Below are positions 50,598-63,916 of a stretch of DNA of 64,000 bases, piece after piece; positions within the stretch are counted from its first letter, which is position 1; each line of letters opens with the position of its first letter. The DNA is taken from assembly GCF_006345805.1 (NCBI RefSeq), contig NC_043003.1:74772001-74836000 (forward strand), in the 5' to 3' direction. The notes under the pieces are model-generated. The model had not been told where the DNA came from and did no database searches. It was given only the letters and a program-made list of their open reading frames with translations. Position numbers and translations under genes: made by a program. This DNA is from Octopus sinensis (taxonomy: Eukaryota).

Positions 50598-50950
50598 CCA
50601 AGCTAATATGGCATTTCAGAAATACAGGACGAATGCTGCCTTTGATTAGCTTCAAGAGGCCATCACCTCCAGCTAGGTACGTGACACACGAACCTGTGTC
50701 CATTATAACCTTCGAACGGGGGAGGTGTTCGCCGAACCCAGCAGGCGTTGCTACTGACCGTTTGTTCGAAGGATTATTTACCTAACTTCAGTGGAATACG
50801 TCCACTGCTTTTCTATAAAGACAAAATATTATTACTTCTAAATTTCTCTCAAGGAGATTACGGCAGCGGTACTGGATATTAATATTTCTCGCCAAGCTAA
50901 TATAGCGGTCCAGAAATATAGGACGAATGCTGCCGATGATTAGCTCCAAG
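50598..50950 (+). repeat. 294-bp monomer with a 59-bp terminal direct repeat (partial tandem), structured
   Basis: 50598-50656 versus 50892-50950 match at 51 of 59 positions. Internal inverted repeat ATAACCTTCGAAC/GTTCGAAGGATTAT. Related to the repeats at 16465 and 37115. Confidence 0.75.
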
Positions 50951-51389
50951 CTAAATTAGGTAGATGCCATACATGTGTATACGTAATGTGCGTGTTTGTT
51001 CCCAAATGGGTGCCACTCTAAAATAATAATTCATTATGAGACATGCGAAGATCACTTAATCAGCAGATATGTGAATCGCACTGTAGTAACCGAATAACAC
51101 TAGATTATGTCTCCAGTAGAACATGAGAGTAAATACATTTTAAATTGTAGATCAATCAAGCAGACGGTCAAGGGTACGTTTGTAGCAAGCACAGTTGCAT
51201 GAGGTTTTGAAGAGGATGGTGAACGACTGCTTTGTACAAACATTTAGGCATAAAAACTTCTGTAATATAATATTCATAGAGGACTTTCAGAAACTCAAAA
51301 ATTTAAATCTCTAGTTTGAGGGGTGTAGTTGCATGTTATTTTGATTCAGTTACTTAGTCATTTACTTATTTCTTTAGTAAAACAAACTG

Positions 51390-51517
51390 TCCCCATTTTT
51401 TGTAAGCCTAGCACTCATTCTACCGGTGTTTTTTGCCGAATCGCTAAATTATGGTAACGTAAACACACCAACATCTGTTGGCAAACGATGGTGGGAGACA
51501 ATCACAGACATACATAG

Positions 51518-51571
<54 letters not shown>

Positions 51572-51697
51572 CGGACTGCTTTCAGTTTCTGTGTACCAAA
51601 TCTATTCACAAGGTTTTGGTCAGTCCAAGGTTATAGCAGAAGACAACTGCCTAAGTTGCCACACAGTGGAACTGAACCAGGAACCATGTGGTTGACA
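51390..51697 (-). mobile_element. SINE family B, both ends truncated, internal (TA)n
   Basis: Reverse complement is collinear with 14437-14700. Confidence 0.8.
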
Positions 51698-53702
51698 TCA
51701 CACTCCCTAATTATTTTTAAACATTTGTTACGGGGCCAAAGCAGCCGAGTCGTACTAAATAGAATATGCATTGTGTGAAATATCTACGTTGTACGGGTTT
51801 TTCAGACACTTCTAAATATCATGCCTCTCACAGTTCGTATTATCTAACATTGCAAAGAGAATTTGTAAGTTTTATTTCCACGGGTATTTGAAAGCCCATT
51901 TTTTATGGCTTCAGAAAAATGAACAAAGATGACGTGATAGAAGCTGACACTCATTATCCCTAACAATAGTAGGTTTTAAAGTTATGTATTGTAAATCAAT
52001 ACCTTTAAGTGTTAAGATCAAGTTAAGAAATACAATTTTTATGTGGTGAAGTAAATACATCTAAAATGTGTTGTCTAATAGAAGAAACAAAATGAAGCCC
52101 AAGCATATTTTGAAATTTTAGAAGAGAGTACACTATCCAGCGATACAAATAGAGGAATTAACATTAGATATCGCTATATTGTCGGATACTGGGGCACAAT
52201 AATTTCAATTTTGTATCTTTCGAGTTCCAGGTTTCCTTCACATTTCATTTAGCGTAGATACGCTATTGAAGCTCATATATTACTGACATGAATACAATTA
52301 AATTAAACAGATTAACAGAAACTAAGTGGCATGAAATGATTTTTAAAAATCGTTAAATTTATAATGAGATTCACGTTTACGTAAGAATGTTAAAGAATTT
52401 TTTAAGCTTTAATAAAAAGGATTTATGTAGTTGATGCCACTTGATTCAAGTGTTAGAATGTTATCAATGTAATATAAGACCATCTCAAATAATATCGACT
52501 GTTAACGTCAATCGTAGAAAGAATACCTTTCAGCACGTTTCCTTTCAATTTAGTATTAAAAACCAAAACGAAACAATGAATTCCTCTAAAGGTTATGGTA
52601 ATAACTATTTTCTAGATTTATTCTTTATTTCTTTAAATCATTCTGAATGACATAAAATGTAACAAAGATGAAACTACAAAACAAAAACTAGAAAAAAAAA
52701 AGAATTATAAAGAAAGGAGTGGATTTTCCAATGGGGAAATTCCAGAGAATAGATAAAATGTATAAGTAAATGGAAATATATTTTTGTCATTACAAAAAAT
52801 AGATAAATAAAATAAAAAATAAAAGAAAAAATAAAATTTATCATGAATGAAAGAATGGTGAAGGAAAGAACACTAGTGGGTGTATCTTTATGTGCCGTTA
52901 AATTATTGTTTTGCTTTTCGGAGGAAATGGAATTTCAATCACTTACTGCTGCTATCAGCTTTTAACGAGTAAAAATGTCAACCTCAGCATATATTTTTAA
53001 AGATCAAAGCAAATTTTCTTAGGCTTTCACATTATTTCTCGTTGTTGGTGTCATTTATTGAGCTAAAAATGCGAGACAAGATAACATTTATTCAAAATTA
53101 AATTATTGCTTATATTTTATATCAATTTTATATACAACTGAATATAAATTAGTCATTTTTATCACAGAAATAAAGAGATATAAAAATGTTTGTTTTTGAC
53201 CGCCAAATCTAAAACTTTAATGTTTAAATTGAGTACTCCAATATATTCTAACGGTAATGAACAAAGTATAGCCATATTTTACTATGATGTGTATAGATGG
53301 AAGTAAATGAGATCTACTTAAATCACAGTGTTTCAGAAAACAAAAAATATTCAATGTTTTCTAAACGAAACTCTGAATAGTAAATATTCAAAAGTGTAGT
53401 AGGTGGTAAAGTATATCACGCCATATATGGCATGATCTGAACGGGTAGTATTGTATACCTTTTGAACTCTTTTGTATATATAAGATTGTTAAACTAACGT
53501 CGATGTCACCTGCCAAGAACTACTTTATCCATACTTTTCTAAGAATGTCCATAATAGAGGCAGAAACACATTACACTTCCTGGACGAAAGTGGTGCGATC
53601 ATACAACTTATAATTTGCATATTCTACTGTGCATGATCGGTAGAATGCATGCACTTTTGCTTCATCTAATAACATAGATTCTTGCTTTTAGGCGGGTGAG
53701 TG

Positions 53703-53773
<71 letters not shown>

Positions 53774-54481
53774 TTATGTATGTGTGTATCTGTGCGTGTG
53801 AATGTATGCGTGCCTGTGTCCGTGTTGTGTTTTGCTGAAAATATGGTTGCCTATGAGAATGAGCGGATGTTCTTTGTATTTAAATTTGGTTTCGTGTTTC
53901 CTTCATAACTTGTCTATTTTCTTAGGGCTAACGTGCTTCTAGCGCTTTCTGGCCTCATCGTCTGAATTAAATAATGGTTGCTGGTCACTCATTTACAGTA
54001 AAACAGAGCAATAATTTTGGCATATATACATTTTGGTATAACATGGACTCGATATACGAAGCAAATTTGTTTATAATCTTTTTATGGTTGATGTTGGAGT
54101 ATATTACTATCAAATATGGAATTCGACATTTCTTCTGTGAATGTAGCAATATCGGTTAATGGTGGCAATATAAAATTTATATTGGTGCCGTTGAACCGGA
54201 TGCAGTACTAGTACAACTCTGTTGTATTATACTTTGTTACTTTGAGCAGATTTTATGTTTATATTCGTGCCAGTTATGAAAAAATTCATAATACTGATAG
54301 AAAACTTTGTATGTATATGTATTTTGTATTTTACAACATCAAATTCTTCATGGTTGTTTATGAATTTATAAAATAATTAACAGTCACCTTGATGGAGTGA
54401 TATAAGTTACTACATTTCTGCGGCAAATTTATGAATAAACAGTGATTGCGTAACTATGTTACATGTCTGCTATTACTGTCA

Positions 54482-54482
54482 A

Positions 54483-54534
<52 letters not shown>

Positions 54535-56075
54535 TGAAAACTCACTGCTCAGCTTTCTGGGTGTGATGGAAACTCACTGCTCAGCTTTCTGGGTGTGATG
54601 GAAAGCTTTCTGGGTGTGATGGTCATGCTTCGAGAACCCAGCGAAGAATTCTTGCAATTTCAAGCAATAATGGTTTTTGTAGCTGTCCTACCTTCCCACT
54701 TGCACCGTTCTTTTTCAGCCATGCTGGTAGTTGAATGCTGACACTTCCAAGGGCAACAATTACTATTGGTATCACGTCTACCCTCTTCTTTGAGTACAAA
54801 CATCGTATTTCCCACTTCAAATTGTCACAGTAGTTTATTTTTGGTTCTTCTTTCACATTGATCATGTTGTCACCGGGCCATTTATGTCAACAACTGAAAA
54901 TATTTTATCAAAAGTCCTTGTACGCCATCAGGTCCTGCTGCTTTCCAATTGCTTATCGTTTTGCCCATTCTTCTGATAGTGTGAACATCATCTTACTAGA
55001 TATAAGAAGCCGTTTGCTTCAGGCTGTATAGCCATTCAGCTGTAGTTTTATTTTGTTCTTGCTTACTCAATATCTTACCCCCAAAAAGCCGATTTCCCTC
55101 AGCATCAGGTACTAACATTTCACGTTTTTATCGTCATTAATCTCTTAATAAAATCTCTTTTGGTCGGTTGTAAACAATTTATTTTGCTGGTATTGCTTAA
55201 TTCGTTATTCAAATCTAGCTTTACCTTTTTTGCATGTATGCGTTGCTTCAGTTCTTCAATTAAAACAATCATGCCTTTTGTATCGACATTCATGCCTTTT
55301 GTATCTTCTTAAATTTTTCGAATTTCCTTTCATTCTTATGTTATCAAATTCTTTTCCTGACAAGTATTGACACTACACTGTTCAAGGAGTTTATATCTTA
55401 AGAAATTCTCCTTTGCCACTACGGTTGTTTATTTCCACTTTTATCTATCGCTGTTTTATCTCAGTAGTTCTAAATCGCATCCCTTCCGACACAATCCTAC
55501 TACCAGCCTTGATACGATTATTTGTTTGTGTGATGTTTTTTTTATTTCAATGTGTCTCAGTACATTATTGACTTTACTCGTCTCTTGATTTAGTCACCGT
55601 TGGTCAGCCTTCTTAAAGTCACCCATTAAATTATGTCTCTTCTGTATTTAATAGATCGAAAATCCTGTCTCTTATTAATCAATATCCCTTGTTTATGTAG
55701 TCACTGATCTCAATTCTTTCACAATTCTGTATTATGTTCTCGCGAACATTTGCCCATCTCTTTCGTTTCGTTTCTCGCAGTCCAGCATCACCCGATATCA
55801 TTCTTTTAATAGCTTCTCGTTCCAGTTCTGTTAAACATCCATTCTTTCATATAGCCCATGATTGGTCACATAATCTCGGTTCTTCCATTCACTGTGCTTT
55901 TGTTGTCTGTACCTTCTGAGTGGCACGCCGTTTGCATCCACCGCGGTGTTCCGGTAGCAACACTACATAACAATCCTTTCTAGTTGTTTACTCCATTTAT
56001 GTCTTGTAGCGTGGTTAACAGTTGCTGGATTACAACTGGGCCCAACCTGCTGCACAGTGCGTCATTTTAACCGTT
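54482..56075 (-). mobile_element. R4/Dong-like LINE derivative with both ends but the RT deleted
   Basis: N-terminal RHKWSK...RLCDQSWAI*KNGCLTELEREAIKR; VPDAEGNRLF..AEWL; ISNWKAAGPDGVQG joined at about 54895 to VVDI..GDNMINVKEEPKI..NLKWEI..VDVIPIVIVALG..LQKPLLLEIARILR; (AAT)n tail at 54482-54533. Confidence 0.75.
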
Positions 56076-57259
56076 GTTTCCAGTCCCGTTATTAATATCC
56101 TGATAATGATGGTGATGATATAACAACAACAACAACAACATCTTTATAAGATGAAAATCCTACCGTGATCAGTATTTTCTTGTACCGATAAAACACGTAC
56201 CTATCAAATACTAGAGTGGATTTAATCAATTCCACATAACCTCCACCCCAAAATGACCTTTTTTCATTTCTGCTTTATTTGTTACACCAATATTGGTGAT
56301 ATTGACAAAAGTGAGACCAATAAATGAATTGATGCTAACTATGTTTCAGAACCGCATAATTATACTATATGCCCTACAATTGTTTCTGATAAGTTTCTAT
56401 TACTAATACTGCATTCTTTTCTATCTATTTTCAGATGCAAATAAGATAACATTTGAACGAATCAATTATACCAGCCGAGAAGAAGGACCAGTTTGAAGAT
56501 ATTGTAAACCATTCAAACAAAGACAGAGCAGGTCAATAAAATATATCTACACACCAAATAAATAAACAAACAAAAATAGATGATGAAATGATACATTCAG
56601 CGAAAGAGATTTAAATCTTTGCAGCTATTGAAGGATACTAACAGAATATATTTTTGAGAATTCTACGAAGATACGATATTCTTAACGAAGTTTTACTTCA
56701 TTGCATACAACTGAGCGATGTCCTGTGGGAAGAATATTAATATATAGTTTTTGATCATATATTTTTTAGCATCGTCATCTTTCACTCCTTTTTCACGTCT
56801 CAATTGGAGTTTGAGATAGATTCAATTTCAGTGACTATAAATTAGTATTAGTATGCTTTATCCTCTTATCCCATACAATATAAACAGAAAAAGAAATCCA
56901 GTAGTCTACCAAGACATCCTCAGTAATGGTAACTGCAAGCATATGTTTCTTTGTTAAAATTTTTGCATCACTTACACTTTTTGACAAAGTTTTATAGATA
57001 ATGAAAGTGAAATGCTCTCCCCGATTTGGTGATAAAAACACAGCAGACTTAATACGTGTATTATGGAATACTGAGAAACGGGAAAAATAACATATATAAA
57101 TCTTTCTATATCTATCTATTGAACAACATTTATATGTATATATATATTTATATATATATATATATATATGAACAAAAGTAAATATTTATTATGAAGTACC
57201 TTCAAGTGTCACACCTGGGAACATTTGTTTGTTCTCCAGGAATAATTTTACGCAGAGCC

Positions 57260-58426
57260 ATGGCGCTGTGTTCAGTATCGGGTATTTTTGGTTCAATTCT
57301 ATTACTTTCACTGAGCTTTAGTTTCCCAGATGAACTCTCTGAACATCCGCTTCATTCTTTTGACAATAACGTACGCAGAAAATCTACAGGGAATTCACAT
57401 TTTGGTGGCTTGCATTCAGTAAGGAAATTTACACGTGTTGCTATGTCAAGCAACGATTACGATGCACGCGCCAATCATTTCCAGCAACAGCATTCAAATG
57501 AAACTAATTCCACAGTATTTCAACGTTCACGCCTAAAGAGTGGTGTGTTTCAGCAAAGTATAAATTTGCTAGAAAAAGATGAAGTTAACGTCACAACTGA
57601 AGTGGGTATAGTGCCTAAACACTTTCAACAGTATAATAGTGCATTTCTAGTTGTAATTGTATGTAGTCATCCAGAAAGACTGGAGTACCGCCAAGCAATA
57701 CGGGAAACATGGGGTTCATCTAGGGGTCAAGAATTTCATGTATTATTTCTAACTGGTAAACACGAAGATCCTTACTGGAATGCATTGATGGATAAAGAAA
57801 ATGCTCTCCACGGTGACATCTTACAAGTGGATGTCATTGATAGTTACAGAAATTTATCTTTGAAGGTCATTGGTGGCCTATGTTGGATAACAGACAGTTT
57901 CCAAAGTATCGATTACGTCATGAAAACAGACGATGACGTATACATAAATGTTTGGTATTTATTAAAACTTTTGAGAGAAAAAGTAATAAGTCAACGGCAA
58001 ATACTTGGGGCTTTGTCGATAATGTCCCCTGTAAAAAGAGACCTGAGGGATCCGTGGGGTGTGCGATTCAGTGAGTTTGCCCCAAAGACGTACCCTCCCT
58101 ATGTATCTGGAGGAGCTTACGTCATGTCACAGAAGGCAGGTAAGAAATTATGTGTGGAAAAATGGAAAAGACAATCGCCTTTTATTCATTTAGAAGACGT
58201 TTATGTAACAGGAATTTTAGCACAGGCAACTGGCATAAGCCATGTGGCACATCCAGGCTTTTCTTTTTGGACAAGTAAAAAGGCTAAGGCTGCCGATATT
58301 GCCAACAACAAAAGAGTGTCAAGTGTTAATATGACACCCGATCAAATTTACAAACTTCACAGACAATCGAACGCTTTACTTGTAAGTACCACATCATCGG
58401 TAAATTCTAAGAAAGTCGAACGCTGA
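57260..58426 (+). CDS. Beta-1,3-galactosyltransferase-like glycosyltransferase (GT31 / Galactosyl_T family), type II membrane protein, about 388 aa
   Basis: Intact ORF, open from 57191. N-terminal hydrophobic anchor; GT31 motifs RQAIRETWG, E..HGDILQ.D..DSYRNLSLK, YVMKTDDDVYIN (DxD), YPPYVSGGAYVMS and LEDVYVTG. ATG 57260 is in GCCATGG context just after a splice-acceptor-like TTTGTTCTCCAG (57239). AATAAA at 58492. Confidence 0.93.
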   Translation: MALCSVSGIFGSILLLSLSFSFPDELSEHPLHSFDNNVRRKSTGNSHFGGLHSVRKFTRVAMSSNDYDARANHFQQQHSNETNSTVFQRSRLKSGVFQQSINLLEKDEVNVTTEVGIVPKHFQQYNSAFLVVIVCSHPERLEYRQAIRETWGSSRGQEFHVLFLTGKHEDPYWNALMDKENALHGDILQVDVIDSYRNLSLKVIGGLCWITDSFQSIDYVMKTDDDVYINVWYLLKLLREKVISQRQILGALSIMSPVKRDLRDPWGVRFSEFAPKTYPPYVSGGAYVMSQKAGKKLCVEKWKRQSPFIHLEDVYVTGILAQATGISHVAHPGFSFWTSKKAKAADIANNKRVSSVNMTPDQIYKLHRQSNALLVSTTSSVNSKKVER

Positions 58427-58710
58427 AGGGAGTCAAAAATTGTGCATGGCATATGTGTATTGTGTACGCTGCGATAGGAGGAGTTCGTCGGAATAAAAAA
58501 AAATGAGAATAATAGAAATAAATAAATTGAATCATAATTGATCACCTAAGAGCAAAATGACTTAGAGGTGAAAAAGCTGTAGCCAGCCGGAGAAGGCAAA
58601 GAAGAACGTTAAATGAAATATGAAAAAAAACAAATGGTGGAATATGTGACGTAAAAAATGGCGCTATAAGCAAATATCCTAACGTAGCAAGATTATATAT
58701 ACATACATAC

Positions 58711-58802
<92 letters not shown>

Positions 58803-58907
58803 ATGTGTGTGTATATATATGTTTATATATACATATACACATATATTCATGTATATATATATACACATACACATTAATTTATATGTATACATACATACTT
58901 TTATATA

Positions 58908-58947
<40 letters not shown>

Positions 58948-59600
58948 TGAATACAAATAAAAATATTACAATAACAACAATAATAAAACAAAAAATTTAA
59001 CAATAACGAAGAGAGAAAGTAATGATAATAATTGTGATAATATTAATAGTTCAATGAATAAAAGAAATAAATTAATAATAAGCAAAGTTTCTAAAATATT
59101 ACTTAAATATTCCGGAAAGAATATGTACGATATATAATAAATAACTATTCTTTCATATTTAAGTGAAAAAATCCAAGTGAAAACCCCGTAAACAATATAA
59201 TTTAAAAATACATGCTAATCGAAACAAAATCTACAACAATATTACAAAATGAAAAAAAGAAAAGAATGCAACAAAGTATATAACCATATTGTATTTTGAT
59301 CGAAAGGCAATTAATATTGCATAAGATACACCGTCCTATAATATTTGACGTTTCACAACCACAAACTCTATAATTACATACACTGGTATTACAACTATTA
59401 ACTGAAAATAAAATGAAATCAGCAAAATATTACCAACACTAAGACAAAACACCAATACAAATACCAATAGTGACGCCAACAATTCGGTGTACTTTTTACG
59501 AAAACTGGAAGAAGCTGCCTTAAATATTTTTTTTGTATTTATTTTAATACAATGTCAATAGATAAATCTTTCACCCTCTATTCCCATATATCCATGTATA

Positions 59601-59657
<57 letters not shown>

Positions 59658-59690
59658 ATATATATATATATGTATATATATGTGTATGTA

Positions 59691-59747
<57 letters not shown>

Positions 59748-59777
59748 TTTCGTGTGTATGCAAATATATAAATCTGG

Positions 59778-59810
<33 letters not shown>

Positions 59811-60944
59811 ACATTTACGTATGTACGTATATATAAAAGTATGTGTGCCTGCCTGTATTGGTGTGTGTATGTCTGTGCATGTTTGTGTATGTATAGTTTA
59901 GCGTAAAATGCTCAATAGACACCTGATATAGAGCGTGTAGAATTGGTTTTGGTCAACACAGTAATTTTCTCATTCTTAAAGACTACTTGCGGTTGCTGTC
60001 TTTACGTGTTGGTAAATGTGTTTCTACACACACTCACACACACACACACACACACACATATTGTCAGAAACACATATATGTTTTGATAAAATACGTACAT
60101 ATGTGTATATATAGAGACATACATACATACAAATATATATATATATATATATATATGCGTGTGTGTGTGTGTCTGTGTGTGTGTGTTTGTGTGTGTGTGT
60201 GTTTGCGTACGTGTGCGTGAATGTGTATGTGTCTAGAAATATCCGTACATGTATGTTCAGATTTTTTTCGTTTATGCAAAACATGTTCCTGTATTTGTAC
60301 CAACTAATTGTTCCTCCTCGCTTACCACGCAGTCTTTCAAACTTTCTACCTTCCATTCCCTTTCCTCCCTTATTTCTCTATATATTGTTTGGCTTTTTTT
60401 TCTCAGACGCCAACATTAGTCCTCAATGGTTTCTTTTGTCAAACTGAATACGAGATATTTCTTCAAGAGATATTTGTCGCCTCTCTTCCATGAATATTTA
60501 AGTTCTTTTGTGAATGGTAAGTTATGATCCTTGGGAAAAGCAAACTAACTATGTTTTCTACATTTTATTGATACATAATTTATCGACATGTACATTATCT
60601 AATGCATCCATACGTTCTAACGAGGGAAACGACATGCAAGTCACTTCCTTGACTCGAAGCGATGATTTTGATGGGTAACGGAATCAGAATGTACATGCGA
60701 ATATCTCTACCTGAACTAAAATCAATAACATATTTTATTAGTCTTAGTATTTTAACAGACAAGATTAGTTAAAGCATTTCCATCCGGAGCTTCAACATAT
60801 TTAAATAAATTTTTCTAGGTAAATAAAATCATTTCAAGAACAGTAAAATCTATAAATGGTATATTAATTATCAATTGCAAAGATAATCATATGTGTTTAT
60901 CTTCGGACTGATTTGAAATCTGACCATATTTAACGGTGTAATGC

Positions 60945-60982
<38 letters not shown>

Positions 60983-61022
60983 AAATACATATGCATACAT
61001 ATATAGATGCATACATAGATGC

Positions 61023-61070
<48 letters not shown>

Positions 61071-61616
61071 GTGTATATTAATGCACATACATACATGTGT
61101 GTGCGTCGGTGTGTCGGTGTGTGTTTGCAGGCTTAAATAAGGCAAGACTGTGAACTAAGGCAATTAGCGTATACGTTGCTCTCACAACATAATTTGCTGG
61201 AATAAATACTAGGAATAATCATTATCCTGACTCTGTAATAATTCAACCAGCCCACTGCACCTGATTGATAATATGTGGCGTAAAGGCAGAGCTATTAAAA
61301 CTTTGGTTAGAATGTTGGATGGTGTTGGTAGTAGGTTGCCATACTTGAATCCACTGAGTGTTCTGTGTTCGAATCTGGCCGAAGTCAGCACAAATATTTC
61401 CTAATTTAGAATACTTAAGATTAGATAGCTGAGACTGATATATGGTGTAGAACAATATGAAAACAGGAATAAAAAATATATTCGTCATATTCGAAACGGT
61501 ATGACGTTCTCGAATATATGACATTTTTATCGTATATTTACGCAAGCAATTATAGGAGATATTGAATGGAGGTTTTCTAAACGATACTACATTTAAAACG
61601 AAACACACATATAATT

Positions 61617-61666
<50 letters not shown>

Positions 61667-61815
61667 CAGAGAGAGAGAAATAGATATATGTGTGTGTATG
61701 TGTATGTGTGTATATGTGTATATATACATATATGCATATACATACATACACACATATATGTGTGTCTCTGTGTGTGTGTGTATATATATCACGTGATCAC
61801 GTGATATATATATGT

Positions 61816-61878
<63 letters not shown>

Positions 61879-61942
61879 TATATATATATAAGGAAAAAAA
61901 GTCAAGATAGAAAGTGCTAAAATAATTTTATAAAAAACTCTT

Positions 61943-61979
61943 CAGGACCGGTTTCAGTCATTGAGAATTTTTTCAACTG
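61943..61979 (-). ncRNA. Minimal type-I hammerhead-like motif, U3-A8 core variant, helix II imperfect
   Basis: Minus strand: CAG | TTGAAAA | AATTC-TCAAT-GACT | GAAA-CCGG-TC | CTG. Confidence 0.5.
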
Positions 61980-62121
61980 TAAGAATGGAAATTAATTATA
62001 TTTATAAAATAAAAAAAACAAAGAAAAGTTTTTTAAAAGAATATTTGTATAGTGTTCAAATACAAGTGGCATTTTCCTTGTTTCTGCCTCTCTCTCTCTC
62101 TCTCTGTAAATATATATATAC

Positions 62122-62149
62122 TAAAGGAAAGTGTACACCTATTGATATA

Positions 62150-62192
<43 letters not shown>

Positions 62193-62219
62193 ATATCAAT
62201 AGGTGTACACTTTCTTTTA
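62122..62219. repeat. Inverted repeat (27 of 28 bp) around a (TA)n spacer
   Basis: TAAAGGAAAGTGTACACCTATTGATATA pairs with TATATCAATAGGTGTACACTTTCTTTTA. Confidence 0.9.
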
Positions 62220-63225
62220 TTCATTGACGAACATATTAAAATTAATGAATAGAAGGAAACAGGAATGTAAAATATAATGAAAACAAACACGTTAACTAAG
62301 TTTTGATTAATAATTTAAAAGAAACCGAAATAATTAATAATGTAGGTGTAAAAGTTGTTGAATAGATTTATGGTACATAGTTACCTGTAGTAGATGAATT
62401 AAGAACCATAGGAATTAATTAAAAGATGTAATTAAATGATTATTATCTCTGAACTATTTGAGTATACGCATATGCTGAATAATATCGTTAAAGAGAAGAC
62501 GTCATTACGTTTCCGTGTTATATTATGAGGGCATATTCTGTCTTAGAAATTGATTTAAATCATCTCAGACTATGGCCGCGTTCAGGCAAAGCTAATTATC
62601 TGATCAAGTGTAGTAAATTTTCTATTGAAAAACTGTGTTCATCAGTAATGAGAAATGTAGAATATATCAAATACCAATATTGTTACAAAATGGAATATTT
62701 GTCATAAACATCTACTCATCGCTCAATTTAAATTAGTCTGGTAATGGCAGTATTGATAAAATTCGCTGAAGAGATTTGAGCTGGCAGAAATATTCCCTAA
62801 ATTGTTTCCACAACACATTCACTTATACACACTCGCCAAGGTGTTTCTATAAAATTCTAACGGAAATTAATGAGTGTACTGTGAAAGTGTTCTTAACCAA
62901 AACACAAAGAACATTGTCATTCGATACGATAATGTAGCTCTAAGCTTTAAAATCTAAGAATATCATCTTAGTATAATCTATAGCATATTCTACAATCTAA
63001 AACTTGTTTGGCTTCCTGTATTCCACGTATAAAAAGATTTGAAGAACGGATGAAATTATTTAGCATTGTACCTCTTGCTATAAAGAACTATACATATATA
63101 CATGTATGTATAAATATACACATCCACTCATACACGCAGAGACACACACACCGACCTGCACATTCCGTATGTATGTATGCATTAATGTTTATTTTTCATA
63201 TATTTGTGTAAATATATGTACATAT

Positions 63226-63279
<54 letters not shown>

Positions 63280-63669
63280 TATATATGAGTGTGTGTGTGT
63301 GTCTATATATGTATATGTGTTTTGTGTGTGAGTGTGTATATGCGTCTAGCGTATGCGTGTGTGCTTGTGTGTGTATGCATAGGTATAGGTATACATGCTT
63401 AAATTTATTCAGAGTAAATAATTTTTTAGAAATGTTCCAAACAGCTATCGTTTCAAATATTGATACCTTTTCATAGCCAAAACCTAATTTCAACAATCAT
63501 ATTTTAAAATTGTTACTCTAAGTTTCAGTAGCTATTTTAGTTATACTTTCATTATGTTTAATTATGTACTAAATATTATCGATGTATCAAATATTATCAA
63601 AGATGCGATATGTGAAAGTGTATATTACAAAGGATTTCTAGAATTTTAGTTATTTACATTTGACGAATA

Positions 63670-63885
63670 TGTGCCCTCCTCTTGTTTCTTGTTAACACAA
63701 CGCTTCGGTTGATATACCCTCCAGCATTCAAGAGGTATCTTGGGGAAATTTCGAATCTGACATCTTATTCCTAAGGTATTTTTCGATATTGCTGTTGTTG
63801 CTGTTATTCTTCTTCTTCTTCTTCTACCTCTTCTTCTTCCTCTTCTTCTTCTCTTCTTCTTCTTCTTCTTCTTCTTCTTCTTCTT

Positions 63886-63916
<31 letters not shown>

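Noticed and set aside
60407-60516. 110-bp candidate exon with good acceptor (TTTTCTCAG) and donor (G|GTAAGT)
   Set aside because: All three frames contain stops. It could be non-coding, but nothing in the sequence supports expression.
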